DNA of 64,000 nucleotides from an uncultured Coprococcus sp. (GTDB lineage Bacteria; Bacillota; Clostridia; Lachnospirales; Lachnospiraceae): NCBI GenBank assembly GCA_964488185.1, contig CAZATW010000001.1, positions 19,582 to 83,581 of the forward strand, read 5' to 3'. Shown piece by piece: positions 50,087 to 59,316 of this stretch (position 1 is its first letter; each line of letters starts with the position of its first letter). The notes under the pieces were generated by a model. It saw only the letters and a program-made list of their open reading frames with translations, ran no database searches and was not told where the DNA came from. The position numbers and the translations under genes were made by a program.

Positions 50087-50710
50087 GTGCAAACTTTCAA
50101 AAAACCTTTAACTCCGGCTGAAGAAGCCCTCTATATAAAGCGATGCAAAGCCGGCGATCAGACTGCCAGAAATATTTTAATAGAATACAACCTGCGTCTC
50201 GTTGCCCATATAGCAAAAAAATATACAGGTACATGTCGAGAATGCGACGATCTCCTGTCTACAGGAACAATCGGATTAATAAAAGCAATCGATACCTTTG
50301 ATGCAGATAAAGGCAGCAAATTGGCAAGCTACGCATCAAGATGCATTGAAAACGAGCTTCTTATGATGCTTCGTCAGGAAAAAAAGAGAGCCAGGGAAGT
50401 ATCCATATACGAACCAATCGGCACGGACAGAGAAGGAAACGAAATCATATTGATAGATATCATAAGTGAAGGAAGCGGCAGTGCACTTGATGCACTTATC
50501 AAATGCCACGACTTAGATGCACTCCCAAAATGTATCGACAAATGTCTTTCAATACGTGAGAAAAAAATACTCACCTTAAGGTATGGGCTCTCCGGAGAAC
50601 AGCCTCACACCCAAAAACAGGTATCAGATATTATCGGCATATCCCGCTCTTATGTATCCCGTATAGAAAAGAAAGCGCTTCAAAAGCTAAAAGGATGCCT
50701 GAACTCATAG
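50087..50710 (+). CDS. sigK: Sporulation sigma factor SigK, uninterrupted, no N-terminal pro-sequence
   Basis: 'F.KPL...EE', 'ARNILIEYNLRLVAHIAKKY', 'GTIGLIKAIDTF', 'YASRCIENELLM.LR', 'PIGTDREGNEI.LIDI', 'GISRSYVSRIEKKAL'. GTG start with GGGAG RBS. In-frame TAA at 50054-50056 upstream. Confidence 0.92.
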   Translation: MQTFKKPLTPAEEALYIKRCKAGDQTARNILIEYNLRLVAHIAKKYTGTCRECDDLLSTGTIGLIKAIDTFDADKGSKLASYASRCIENELLMMLRQEKKRAREVSIYEPIGTDREGNEIILIDIISEGSGSALDALIKCHDLDALPKCIDKCLSIREKKILTLRYGLSGEQPHTQKQVSDIIGISRSYVSRIEKKALQKLKGCLNS

Positions 50711-50722
50711 AATTCAGGCATC
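50694..50722. terminator. Hairpin between the convergent sigK and U32 genes
   Basis: GATGCCTGAA-9 nt-TTCAGGCATC. Confidence 0.55.
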
Positions 50723-50730
50723 TGTATCAA

Positions 50731-51981
50731 CTACTCCTTCCGCCTTATTATCATTCCTACCGAAGGATTTGCATCAAGCTTCACTTTAAGCCTCTGCTTC
50801 GGATGTGGTGCAGATTTCATAGCAACGCCATTTTCATCATATATCTCTAATACCATACAATCGATATTCGTACCATCAAATGCCATCACCTCAAGCTTTT
50901 CGCCTACAGAGAATTTATTTTTTTGTTCAAAATACAGATATCCGTTCTTTATATCTCTTACCGTTCCGATATACGTGTAATTTTTCATATATGTATTATT
51001 ATCGTATATCTGGGCATCGCTGTCCGGCTTTCCAAAATAAAAGCCTGTTGTAAACTGTCTGTACGTACACTTTGCTATTTCCGTCTTATAGTATTCCATA
51101 TTTGACCTGTATTTATCTTCAGAATCATAAAAATCGTCCAGCGCTTTTCTATAGGTTCTTGCAACGGTCGCCACATAAAGAGCAGTTTTCATCCTGCCCT
51201 CTATCTTAAAGCTATCAATCCCCGCTTGTATCATATCCGGTATATATTCTATCATACACAAATCCTTGGAATTGAAAATATATGTCCCCCGCTCATCCTC
51301 ATCCACCGGCATATATTCACCTTGTCTCGTTTCTTCAACGATATGATATTTCCATCTGCAAGGATGCGTACAGGCGCCCTTATTAGCATCCCGTCCCGTA
51401 AAATAATTACTCAGAAGACATCTTCCCGAATAAGATATACACATAGCGCCATGCATGAACGATTCAATCTCCATATCATCCGGTATATTTTCGCGTATCT
51501 CCTTTATTTCAGCAAGAGACAGCTCTCTAGCGGTAACCACTCTTTTTGCCCCCATTTCGTGCCAGAACTGAAATGTAAGATAGTTTGTATTATTCGCCTG
51601 CGTACTGATATGAACCTCCATATCAGGCATAATTCGTCTTGCCATAAGAAAAATTCCCGGATCAGAAATGAGCACTGCATCCACACCCGTAGTCTTAAGC
51701 TGTTCAAAATACGCTTCCATTCCTGTGATGTCATAATTATGTGCAAATATATTTGCCGTCACATAAACCTTGGCATTGTGGGCATGTGCATATCTGACGC
51801 CCTCAATCATCTCATCTATGGTAAAATTATCTGCTTTTGCACGAAGTCCGTACGCCTGTCCACCTATGTAAACAGCATCCGCCCCATAATCAACCGCCAC
51901 TTTAAGAACCTCCAGACTTCCCGCAGGTACAAGCAGCTCCGTTTTTCTTCTGCCAGATTTTATTTCTTTACTCAAAGGCAT
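50731..51981 (-). CDS. U32 family protein (TrhP-like tRNA hydroxylation)
   Basis: 'ELLVPAG', 'GADAVY.GG', 'HGAMCISYSGRCLLS', 'CTHPCRW', 'SKDLC', 'KIEGRMK'. Next to a TrmR-like methyltransferase. Confidence 0.9.
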   Translation of the reverse strand: MPLSKEIKSGRRKTELLVPAGSLEVLKVAVDYGADAVYIGGQAYGLRAKADNFTIDEMIEGVRYAHAHNAKVYVTANIFAHNYDITGMEAYFEQLKTTGVDAVLISDPGIFLMARRIMPDMEVHISTQANNTNYLTFQFWHEMGAKRVVTARELSLAEIKEIRENIPDDMEIESFMHGAMCISYSGRCLLSNYFTGRDANKGACTHPCRWKYHIVEETRQGEYMPVDEDERGTYIFNSKDLCMIEYIPDMIQAGIDSFKIEGRMKTALYVATVARTYRKALDDFYDSEDKYRSNMEYYKTEIAKCTYRQFTTGFYFGKPDSDAQIYDNNTYMKNYTYIGTVRDIKNGYLYFEQKNKFSVGEKLEVMAFDGTNIDCMVLEIYDENGVAMKSAPHPKQRLKVKLDANPSVGMIIRRKE

Positions 51982-52065
51982 CTTTATATCTCCATTTCTG
52001 TTTGTTATGCATCAACAATTAACCTCAATCAACATGCGCAAACTATCATCTCGGCTCCGCTTATA

Positions 52066-52707
52066 TTACTTGCGTACACTAAAACTCATGCCATCCCCTA
52101 TATTCAGTATAGCAGTTTCAAGTTCCGGATTGTGCTTTATATCATACAAATAATCTCTCATCCTGGCGTGTATGGTTCTGTTACGTCTGGTAACCGCATA
52201 TCTGGACTCCAGAACATCTCCATCCTGCAGTACATTATCACAGAGCAATATACCGTCTTCCGCCAAAAGCTTAATAGATTTCTCGAAAAAACTTCCATAT
52301 TGTCCCTTTGCCGCATCCATAAAAATCATATCATAGCTTTCTGAAAGTTCATCAAGAATATCATTTGCATCACCTTCAAGCAGGGTTATCATCTTCTCCG
52401 CACCCGCCATTTTTATATTCTTTTTCGCTGCAATTATTCTCGGCGCATAATTTTCAATTGTTGTAATATGTCCTCCATCAACCAGAAATCTACTCATGAA
52501 AATGGCAGAAAACCCTACCGCAGTTCCTATTTCAAGTATGCGTTTCGGCTTTTTTATCATCAAAAGCAATTTGATGAATTCGCCCGCTTCTCTTCTAATA
52601 ATAGGAACGCCTTTGTCTTCTGCCTCTTTTCTGATAGATGTAATAACGGCATCATAATCGCTGTTAAACGAGTTGATGAAAGACGAAATTCTTTCATCTG
52701 TTATCAT
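52066..52707 (-). CDS. O-methyltransferase (YrrM/TrmR-like)
   Basis: 'GVPII', 'ILEIGTAVGFS', 'YDMIFMDAAKGQY', 'DNVL', 'GDGMS'. Start moved to MITDE (52707), which has an AGGAG RBS. Confidence 0.9.
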   Translation of the reverse strand: MITDERISSFINSFNSDYDAVITSIRKEAEDKGVPIIRREAGEFIKLLLMIKKPKRILEIGTAVGFSAIFMSRFLVDGGHITTIENYAPRIIAAKKNIKMAGAEKMITLLEGDANDILDELSESYDMIFMDAAKGQYGSFFEKSIKLLAEDGILLCDNVLQDGDVLESRYAVTRRNRTIHARMRDYLYDIKHNPELETAILNIGDGMSFSVRK

Positions 52708-52723
52708 ATTCTCTCCTGATACA

Positions 52724-53110
52724 TCATTTATTTGTCGTATTGTTCTCACCCGTCAGTATTTCAATAATTTCTTTATTCGTATACGAAGGTGCTAAATCAT
52801 ATGTACCCGGCATAATCTTTGCTGCATAATCACCAATACGAAGTCTGAGCATAAATGCATATTTATTTTTAATTACACCTGCCTCATCAAGAGCATTACA
52901 TATATCCATCGTTGTAGAATCAGACAATATTTCTACAGCAACCACCTTAGAATCTCCGGCATCCTTACATGTTGTAGCAAATACCTCATATGCAAATTCA
53001 TATGATGATGAAAATATCTTCACAAGTGCAAATAAGATGCATACATTTATCAAAAGTCCAAACATAAATCTTAAAACTTTTTTCATACTTCTTGCGCCAT
53101 CTATAGCCAT
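52724..53110 (-). CDS. Short MltG/YceG-like membrane protein (N-terminal part only)
   Basis: TM, then 'I...L...GVIKNKYAF', 'I.PGTYDL.PS.T..EII.IL'. Occupies the mltG position but is only 128 aa. Confidence 0.7.
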   Translation of the reverse strand: MAIDGARSMKKVLRFMFGLLINVCILFALVKIFSSSYEFAYEVFATTCKDAGDSKVVAVEILSDSTTMDICNALDEAGVIKNKYAFMLRLRIGDYAAKIMPGTYDLAPSYTNKEIIEILTGENNTTNK

Positions 53111-53138
53111 AATCTTCTCCTATCCTTCCTAGATATAT

Positions 53139-53245
53139 ATTATATCATGTCAACTATGCTCGAAAATACCTCGCTAAGTTTCCAGATATATGTTCTCACT
53201 AAACTCGGCTTCGCCTCGTTAAGTGTTCACATTATATCATGTCAA
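53139..53245. mobile_element. 77-bp interspersed element (copy 2) flanked by a 15-bp direct repeat
   Basis: ATTATATCATGTCAA at 53139-53153 and 53231-53245. The internal 53154-53230 aligns with 21011-21099 and contains a GGC-TTC-GCC hairpin. Confidence 0.6.
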
Positions 53246-53564
53246 TTTCAAGCTCTTCTGCTATACCCTCATATACAAGTCTCATCATTCTGCACAATTT
53301 TTGTTCAGCTCTGATAAAATCACTGACAACGGTATCATGAAGCAGCGCATCATATTCCATAAACAGATTATTCACTTCATTGTAAGGATTGTCAAGTCCT
53401 TCATCATTCTGAAGAGCAAAGCTTTTATATTTAAAATCCTGTAAACTCTTCAATAAATCAGGCCTTTCCTGTAAATTTGATTTACATCTTAAATAATTTT
53501 TATATACATCAGATTCTCTGATATACTTATTTAATTCTCTGCTAAGGTTGATTGCTTCATTCAT
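53232..53564 (-). CDS. YlbF/YmcA-family (RicF-like) protein
   Basis: 110-aa helical protein, 'A..L...IRES..Y..Y', 'FIRAEQKLCRMM'. Family call by pattern and synteny. Confidence 0.75.
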   Translation of the reverse strand: MNEAINLSRELNKYIRESDVYKNYLRCKSNLQERPDLLKSLQDFKYKSFALQNDEGLDNPYNEVNNLFMEYDALLHDTVVSDFIRAEQKLCRMMRLVYEGIAEELEIDMI

Positions 53565-53570
53565 ATCCTG

Positions 53571-55235
53571 CTATACCTCTGTTATAATAGGCAGTATCAT
53601 AGGACTTCTCTTCGTTCTCTTCCAAAGGAACTCACCAAGGTCATCCTTAATAACTGTTTTTATCTTGCCCCAATCGCTTACATTTCGTCTCAAGCATCTG
53701 AGAAGTGCTTCCTGTACCACTAAACGACAATCCTCCATAAGAGTCTCCGACTCTCTCACATACACAAAGCCTCTCGATACAATATCAGGCCCTGCTACAA
53801 GCTGATTGCTGTATTTATCGAGCGTAACAACAATAATCAAAAGACCGTTCTGGGAAAGAAGCTGCCTGTCACGAAGCACTATATTTCCAACATCACCTAC
53901 GCCAAGACCATCTACAAAAATACCTTGGGCAGGAACCTTTCCTGTCACCTCAAAGGTATCCTCTCCCACTTCCAGAACATCACCTGTAGTCATAATCTTG
54001 ACATGCTCCTTTGAAACACCCATTTCTACGGCAAGCTCCGCATGCCGTTTAAGATGACGATACTCTCCATGAACCGGTATGGCATACATAGGCTTTGTAA
54101 GAGCATATATCAGCTTAAGCTCCTCCCTGCAGGCATGTCCCGACACATGTGTATCTTCAAATATAACATGCGCCCCCTTCATCTCAAGTTCATTGATTAC
54201 CTTGAATACAGCCTTTTCATTTCCCGGTATCGGATGTGAACTGAATATAACCACATCCCCCGGCATAATAGCCACCTTGTTATGAATGGATGCTGCAATT
54301 CTGGAGAGCGCAGCCATATTCTCCCCCTGGCTTCCGGTTGTAATAAGAACTATCTTTTCATCAGGATAATTCTTCATCTCGCTTATATCTATAAGAGTGC
54401 GTTCAGGTATATTCAAATATCCGAGCTCCGAAGCAGTAGAAATAATATTCACCATACTTCTTCCTTCTATAACAACCTTTCTGCCATACTTATATGCCGA
54501 ATTAATAATCTGCTGCACTCTGTCTACATTTGAAGCAAATGTAGCAATAATAATCCTATGGTTTTTATTGTCATTAAACAGATTGTCAAAAGTTCTTCCC
54601 ACAGTCTTCTCTGATTGGGTAAATCCTTCTCTGTCAGCATTTGTAGAATCTGCCATAAGTGCAAGAACGCCCTTTTTGCCGAGTTCGGCAAACCTCTGTA
54701 AATCTATCATCTCTCCAAATACCGGAGTGTAATCAATCTTAAAATCTCCGGTATGAATCAAAAGACCTGCCGGTGAATATATTGCAAGCGCTGCTGAATC
54801 AGCAATCGAATGGTTTGTCTTAATAAATTCAATTCTAAACTGACCAAGATTAATATTTTGTCCATACTTAACGACTTTACGTTTCGTGTTGTTGAGGAGA
54901 TTATGCTCCTTTAATTTATTTTCAATCAGTCCCATAGTAAGCTTTGTAGCATATATAGGCATATTTATCTCTTTTTCAATATAGGGAATCGCCCCTATAT
55001 GGTCTTCGTGTCCATGAGTAATTACAAGCCCCTTTACCCTGTCTGCATTTTCCTTAAGATAGGTTACATCGGGAATAACGAGATCAATACCCAGCATGTC
55101 ATCCTCAGGGAATGCCAATCCGCAGTCAATAACAATAATAGAGTCACCATACTCTATTGCAGTTATATTCATTCCTATTTGCTCCAGTCCGCCCAGTGGA
55201 ATAATCTTAACTGCCTTTTTTTTCTGCTTATTCAA
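53571..55235 (-). CDS. rnj: Ribonuclease J
   Basis: 'PLGGLEQIG.N', 'THGHEDHIG', 'NHSIAD', 'TGDFKID', 'HVSGH', 'PVHGEYRH'. Confidence 0.96.
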   Translation of the reverse strand: MNKQKKKAVKIIPLGGLEQIGMNITAIEYGDSIIVIDCGLAFPEDDMLGIDLVIPDVTYLKENADRVKGLVITHGHEDHIGAIPYIEKEINMPIYATKLTMGLIENKLKEHNLLNNTKRKVVKYGQNINLGQFRIEFIKTNHSIADSAALAIYSPAGLLIHTGDFKIDYTPVFGEMIDLQRFAELGKKGVLALMADSTNADREGFTQSEKTVGRTFDNLFNDNKNHRIIIATFASNVDRVQQIINSAYKYGRKVVIEGRSMVNIISTASELGYLNIPERTLIDISEMKNYPDEKIVLITTGSQGENMAALSRIAASIHNKVAIMPGDVVIFSSHPIPGNEKAVFKVINELEMKGAHVIFEDTHVSGHACREELKLIYALTKPMYAIPVHGEYRHLKRHAELAVEMGVSKEHVKIMTTGDVLEVGEDTFEVTGKVPAQGIFVDGLGVGDVGNIVLRDRQLLSQNGLLIIVVTLDKYSNQLVAGPDIVSRGFVYVRESETLMEDCRLVVQEALLRCLRRNVSDWGKIKTVIKDDLGEFLWKRTKRSPMILPIITEV

Positions 55236-55237
55236 TT

Positions 55238-55504
55238 TTATACCTCCAAATCTACGTCCTCAAGCAGTTCGTCAAATATCTTCACTACTGCCTCTAATTC
55301 TTTTTCATCCTCAACGATATCAAATGCAGCCATTTCACCTGAGCTGCTATCGTTATTTTCTTTAAGAACAAGGAAAGTTCCGTCTTCATCTTCATCATCC
55401 GCTACCAGCAGATAATTGATTCCTCCGAGTGTCGTCTGCTCCAATACGGAAAACGCCGCCTTGTCCCCAGCTTCGGTTTCAAACAATATCCTGTTTTCTT
55501 TCAT
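55238..55504 (-). CDS. DUF1292 (YrzB-like) acidic protein
   Basis: 88 aa, very acidic, 'F.VLE......NYLLV', 'IVEDEKEL'. Follows ruvX. Confidence 0.8.
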   Translation of the reverse strand: MKENRILFETEAGDKAAFSVLEQTTLGGINYLLVADDEDEDGTFLVLKENNDSSSGEMAAFDIVEDEKELEAVVKIFDELLEDVDLEV

Positions 55505-55506
55505 AT

Positions 55507-55935
55507 CTAACCTTTCGTAGCAGCATCCAGATAATTCTGAAGAATAACCGCTGCCGCCATTTTATCTATGTACTGCTTACGGTTTTCTCTCCGAACTCCG
55601 CTGTCCATAAGCACCCGTTCAGCTTCAACTGTAGAAAGCCGCTCATCCCAAAGGATAACCTCTATACCTGTACGTCTAAAAAGAGCCTCTTTAAATTCTT
55701 CCGTAGCTTCTGCTCTTTCTCCCAGAGTATTGTTCATATTCTTAGGATATCCTAAAACTATTTTATCAACTCCGCCATATTCCTCTATTATGCTCTCAAT
55801 TTTCGCATAAGTCTGTCTAAGTTTATTTTCAGACTTTCTCTCTATGGTCAGCAACGGCTGTGCCGTAATTAAAAGTTCATCACTTATGGCAACACCAACC
55901 GTTTTTGTTCCGTAATCCAATCCTAAAACTCTCAT
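55507..55935 (-). CDS. ruvX: YqgF/RuvX-family RNase H-like nuclease
   Basis: '[16 protein letters not shown]', 'VLGYPKNMN', 'WDERLST', '[11 protein letters not shown]'. Confidence 0.93.
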   Translation of the reverse strand: MRVLGLDYGTKTVGVAISDELLITAQPLLTIERKSENKLRQTYAKIESIIEEYGGVDKIVLGYPKNMNNTLGERAEATEEFKEALFRRTGIEVILWDERLSTVEAERVLMDSGVRRENRKQYIDKMAAAVILQNYLDAATKG

Positions 55936-55977
55936 ATCAGCTATACCTTACAAACCTGCAAATCCCTCAAATCAAAA

Positions 55978-56235
55978 TCACTTAAGATTATTGTTTATAT
56001 AATCCTCAAGCAGCACTTCTATAATCTCATCTCTTTCAGCCTTCATAATAAGGCTTCTGGCATTCTTATAGCTTGTTATGTACGTCGGATCGCCACTCAT
56101 GATATAGCCTACCACCTGGCTTACAGGATTATACCCTTTTTCTGTAAGTGCTTCATAAACCTGTCTTATTATACCCGAAACATCTACAACATTATCCTTT
56201 ATAGGAACAATATTCTGTGTGTTTTCATTATTCAT
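55978..56235 (-). CDS. ireB: IreB/UPF0297 (ReoM/YrzL-like) phosphoprotein
   Basis: '[33 protein letters not shown]'. Confidence 0.92.
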   Translation of the reverse strand: MNNENTQNIVPIKDNVVDVSGIIRQVYEALTEKGYNPVSQVVGYIMSGDPTYITSYKNARSLIMKAERDEIIEVLLEDYINNNLK

Positions 56236-56283
56236 CTAATCACGCCCTTATCTATGTTAATATTCCAACCGCTTATCTAAAAT

Positions 56284-56312
56284 ATTTTAATATAAAACAG
56301 TTAAAAATTCAA
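56284..56312 (-). promoter_or_regulatory. Sigma-A promoter of the ireB-ruvX operon
   Basis: TTGAAT (56312-56307), 17 nt, TAAAAT (56289-56284). Confidence 0.55.
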
Positions 56313-56325
56313 CCTAATAATAAGA

Positions 56326-57645
56326 TTAAGATATAAAGCCGTCCTCAATCCGTATATACTTTGTAGAAATTATGCTGTTTATATACGATTTAGGCGACTC
56401 AATATTTTTTGAAAGTACACACACATCCATATATCTTTCAGTATGTCCCCTGAGATAAATTTTATTATCTCCTTTTTCCAATATTTCTTCTACCAACACC
56501 TCTATTCTTTCTCCTTCAAAGCTTTTTTCATATTCAGCTTTGTTTTTCTCTGACAATTTTAATAACACATCCCTTCGTTTGTTTTTAACTTCAGGCGATA
56601 TCTGATTTGGCATAGATGCTGCCGCAGTCCCCTTTCTCGGCGAATATTTGAAAATATGCATTTCATACAAATTGAGCTTTGTAAGGAAATGAACAGTCTC
56701 CAAAAATTCTTCCTCTGTTTCTCCCGGAAAGCCTACAATCACATCTGTAGTTATAGCAGGTCTGTCATATGCCCTTCTAAGCTTTTCACATTTTTCAAAG
56801 TATTCCCCGCAAGTATACTTTCTATTCATTCTTTTAAGCACCGTATCACAGCCACTTTGTAAACTCAAGTGAAAATGCGGACATACTTTTTCATTCTTTG
56901 AAATACGCTTTACAAAATCATCCGTTATAATGCCCGGCTCCAAAGAGCTCAGCCTTATTCTTTTAATTGATTCAATTTTTGAGATGCTGTCAATCAGTTC
57001 TCCTAAATATATCCCATTTTCTTTATCCTTGCCATATGAAGATATATGAATACCGGTTAGGACTACCTCCTTAACCCCCGATAAAGCAAGCTCCTCTATT
57101 TCAGCTATAATATCCTGTTTGTCTCTGCTTCTGATTCTGCCGCGTACATAAGGGATAATACAATATGAACAGAACTGATTACATCCGTCCTGTATCTTTA
57201 CATAAGCCCTCGTATGGCTGTTTGCTTTGGAAATATTGATTTTCTCATATTCCTTTTCGAGCGATATATCTATAAAGGAATCAGGCTCTTTCTTATGAAT
57301 ATAACCAGATATTATATGTGCTATATCCTTCTTTTTATTATTACTTACAATAATATCTACAGCTTTATCCTCCTTTAACTGCTCTGCCTGTGCCTGAACA
57401 TAGCATCCACAAGCTACCACTACAGCTTCGGGATTGGCCCTTCGGGCACGGTGAATCATTTGTCTGGACTTTTTATCCGCCATATTGGTTACAGAACAGG
57501 TATTTATAATGTATATATCCGCCTTTTCGGTGGGTAAAACCTGCCTCGCTCCTGCATTTTCAAGAAGCTCCAGCATTCCATCCGTCTCATATTGATTTAC
57601 TTTACAGCCAAGCGTAAATGCAGCTACCGTTTTTCCATTTAACAT
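56326..57645 (-). CDS. mtaB: tRNA methylthiotransferase MtaB
   Basis: 'TLGCKVNQYE', 'INTCSVT', radical SAM 'QDGCNQFCSYC', 'HLSLQSG', 'TDVIVGFPGE'. Confidence 0.92.
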   Translation of the reverse strand: MLNGKTVAAFTLGCKVNQYETDGMLELLENAGARQVLPTEKADIYIINTCSVTNMADKKSRQMIHRARRANPEAVVVACGCYVQAQAEQLKEDKAVDIIVSNNKKKDIAHIISGYIHKKEPDSFIDISLEKEYEKINISKANSHTRAYVKIQDGCNQFCSYCIIPYVRGRIRSRDKQDIIAEIEELALSGVKEVVLTGIHISSYGKDKENGIYLGELIDSISKIESIKRIRLSSLEPGIITDDFVKRISKNEKVCPHFHLSLQSGCDTVLKRMNRKYTCGEYFEKCEKLRRAYDRPAITTDVIVGFPGETEEEFLETVHFLTKLNLYEMHIFKYSPRKGTAAASMPNQISPEVKNKRRDVLLKLSEKNKAEYEKSFEGERIEVLVEEILEKGDNKIYLRGHTERYMDVCVLSKNIESPKSYINSIISTKYIRIEDGFIS

Positions 57646-57714
57646 TTTCCAATTCCTATCTTGTAAAATTCAAATATACATTTTGTAAAATTTAACAACT
57701 TCCTCTTCACTATA

Positions 57715-57743
57715 TTGACTTTTACAAGTCTAAAATATATTAT
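57715..57743 (+). promoter_or_regulatory. Sigma-A promoter of the HPr-like gene
   Basis: TTGACT (57715-57720), 17 nt, TATTAT (57738-57743). Confidence 0.6.
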
Positions 57744-57792
57744 AAATGTATGACATAAATAATGAATACTTATAGTGAATAGGAGGATTATT

Positions 57793-58026
57793 ATGAAAGC
57801 TATTATGATTTCTTTAAACTCAATTGATAAGGTTAAAAGCTTCTGCAACGACATTGCAAAATTCGATGCAGAGTTTGATTTAGTTTCAGGTCGTTATGTT
57901 ATCGACGCAAAATCCATCATGGGTATTTTCAGTCTTGATATTTCTAAGCCTATAGAACTAAATATCCATACCGAAAATGAGCTTGATGCGATTATGGAAA
58001 CGCTTAAGCCTTATTTAGCCGAATAG
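57793..58026 (+). CDS. HPr-family protein lacking the His15 motif
   Basis: 'RYVIDAKSIMGIFSL' (Ser46 motif), no 'GLHARP'. Start MKAIM with an AGGAGG RBS. Confidence 0.88.
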   Translation: MKAIMISLNSIDKVKSFCNDIAKFDAEFDLVSGRYVIDAKSIMGIFSLDISKPIELNIHTENELDAIMETLKPYLAE

Positions 58027-58046
58027 ATTTCATACAACCCGTATTT

Positions 58047-58075
58047 AAGCCGGAGATAGATTCTCCGGCTTTTTT
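58047..58075 (+). terminator. Terminator, probably bidirectional, between the HPr-like gene and thiI
   Basis: AAGCCGGAGA-TAGAT-TCTCCGGCTT followed by TTTT. Confidence 0.85.
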
Positions 58076-58131
58076 GCTCTAAAGAAACATAAATATATAT
58101 CCTCAGAAGCAAAGAAACTCCATATAAAATA

Positions 58132-59316
58132 TCATCTGCTTCTGCACATCATTGTTTCCGCTGTTGCAACAGCCTTTTCAACCATCTCATCAATAATACC
58201 TTCCAGCTTACTTTCCGACTTATAGATAGCAGAAAGTATCGGTTTCGTAACAGGATGCTTTGCAACGAAGGTAGTACAACAGTCCTCATACGGCTGTATA
58301 GAGGTCTCATAAGTACCTATCTTCTCTGAAATATCAACAATCTCCTGCTTGTCCATACCAATACATGGCCGAAATACAGGCAATGTGCTTACCTCATTAA
58401 TAACATAGAGGCTATGAACCGTCTGACTTGATACCTGCCCTATACTTTCGCCTGTTACAGTACATTGACAGTCATTTATTTTTGCCAGCTTCTCTGCAAT
58501 TTTTATCATATATCTCTTCATAATAATTGTCAGCTCTTCATGCGGACAGTTATCATATATAGCCATCTGTATCTCTGCAAAATTCACCACATGAAGTCTG
58601 ATAGCACCGGAATAATCCGCAACGATGCCTGCCAAATCAATTACCTTCTGCTTCGCTCTCTCGCTTGTAAACGGTGGTGCATGAAAATATACAACCTCCA
58701 TTTCAACCCCTCGCTTCGCTATCATATAAGTGGCAACAGGGCTGTCTATTCCTCCCGAAAGAAGTGACATGGCTCTGCCGTTTGTTCCTACAGGAAGTCC
58801 GCCCGGTCCGGGAATATTGATTGAATATATATATACGACCTTTCTGATTTCTACATTGATAATCTCCTGTGGGGAGTGTACATCGACCTCAAGGTTTTTA
58901 TAAGCTTCCAGAAGGAAATGTCCCAGCTCCGCATTTACCTCCATTGAGGTCATTGGATATGTCTTATCATTTCGTCTGGTATTCACTTTAAATGTAAAAT
59001 TCTTTCTGTCATACGCTTTATCCACATATTCGATTACCCTGTCACGTATTGTTTCAAAGGAAGTATCCTCCTCCACAATAACAGGGCAAATTCCTACGAT
59101 ACCAAATACTTTAGTAAGTGCAAAAACCGTGTCATCATAATCATACTCCGATTTTGCTTCAATAAAGATACGTCCCTGTTCCTTTCTGATATAAAAATCA
59201 CCGAGACTTTTCAGTTTCCTGTTTATATTCTTGCAAAGTATATCCTCAAATATATATCTGTTTTTTCCTTTTGTTCCTATCTCTGCATATTTTATCATAA
59301 AAGCCTTATACTGCAT
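58132..59316 (-). CDS. thiI: tRNA 4-thiouridine synthase ThiI
   Basis: 'IKYAEIGTKGKNR', THUMP domain, PP-loop 'LLSGGIDSPVA', 'TGESIGQVSSQT', 'EDCC'. Confidence 0.95.
   Translation of the reverse strand: MQYKAFMIKYAEIGTKGKNRYIFEDILCKNINRKLKSLGDFYIRKEQGRIFIEAKSEYDYDDTVFALTKVFGIVGICPVIVEEDTSFETIRDRVIEYVDKAYDRKNFTFKVNTRRNDKTYPMTSMEVNAELGHFLLEAYKNLEVDVHSPQEIINVEIRKVVYIYSINIPGPGGLPVGTNGRAMSLLSGGIDSPVATYMIAKRGVEMEVVYFHAPPFTSERAKQKVIDLAGIVADYSGAIRLHVVNFAEIQMAIYDNCPHEELTIIMKRYMIKIAEKLAKINDCQCTVTGESIGQVSSQTVHSLYVINEVSTLPVFRPCIGMDKQEIVDISEKIGTYETSIQPYEDCCTTFVAKHPVTKPILSAIYKSESKLEGIIDEMVEKAVATAETMMCRSR

Noticed and set aside
50087-50710. skin-like element interrupting sigK
   Set aside because: The CDS is continuous from region 1.2 to region 4 and no recombinase is nearby.
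52034-52065. CTCGGCTCCGC snippet resembling the repeat-element hairpin
   Set aside because: Too short, and lacks the flanking conserved blocks.
51226-52344. 372-aa plus-strand ORF
   Set aside because: Antisense shadow of the U32 and methyltransferase genes, with no recognisable motifs and atypical composition.
57639-57854. 71-aa minus-strand ORF upstream of mtaB
   Set aside because: Overlaps the divergent promoter region and the well-supported HPr-like gene; low complexity and no RBS.
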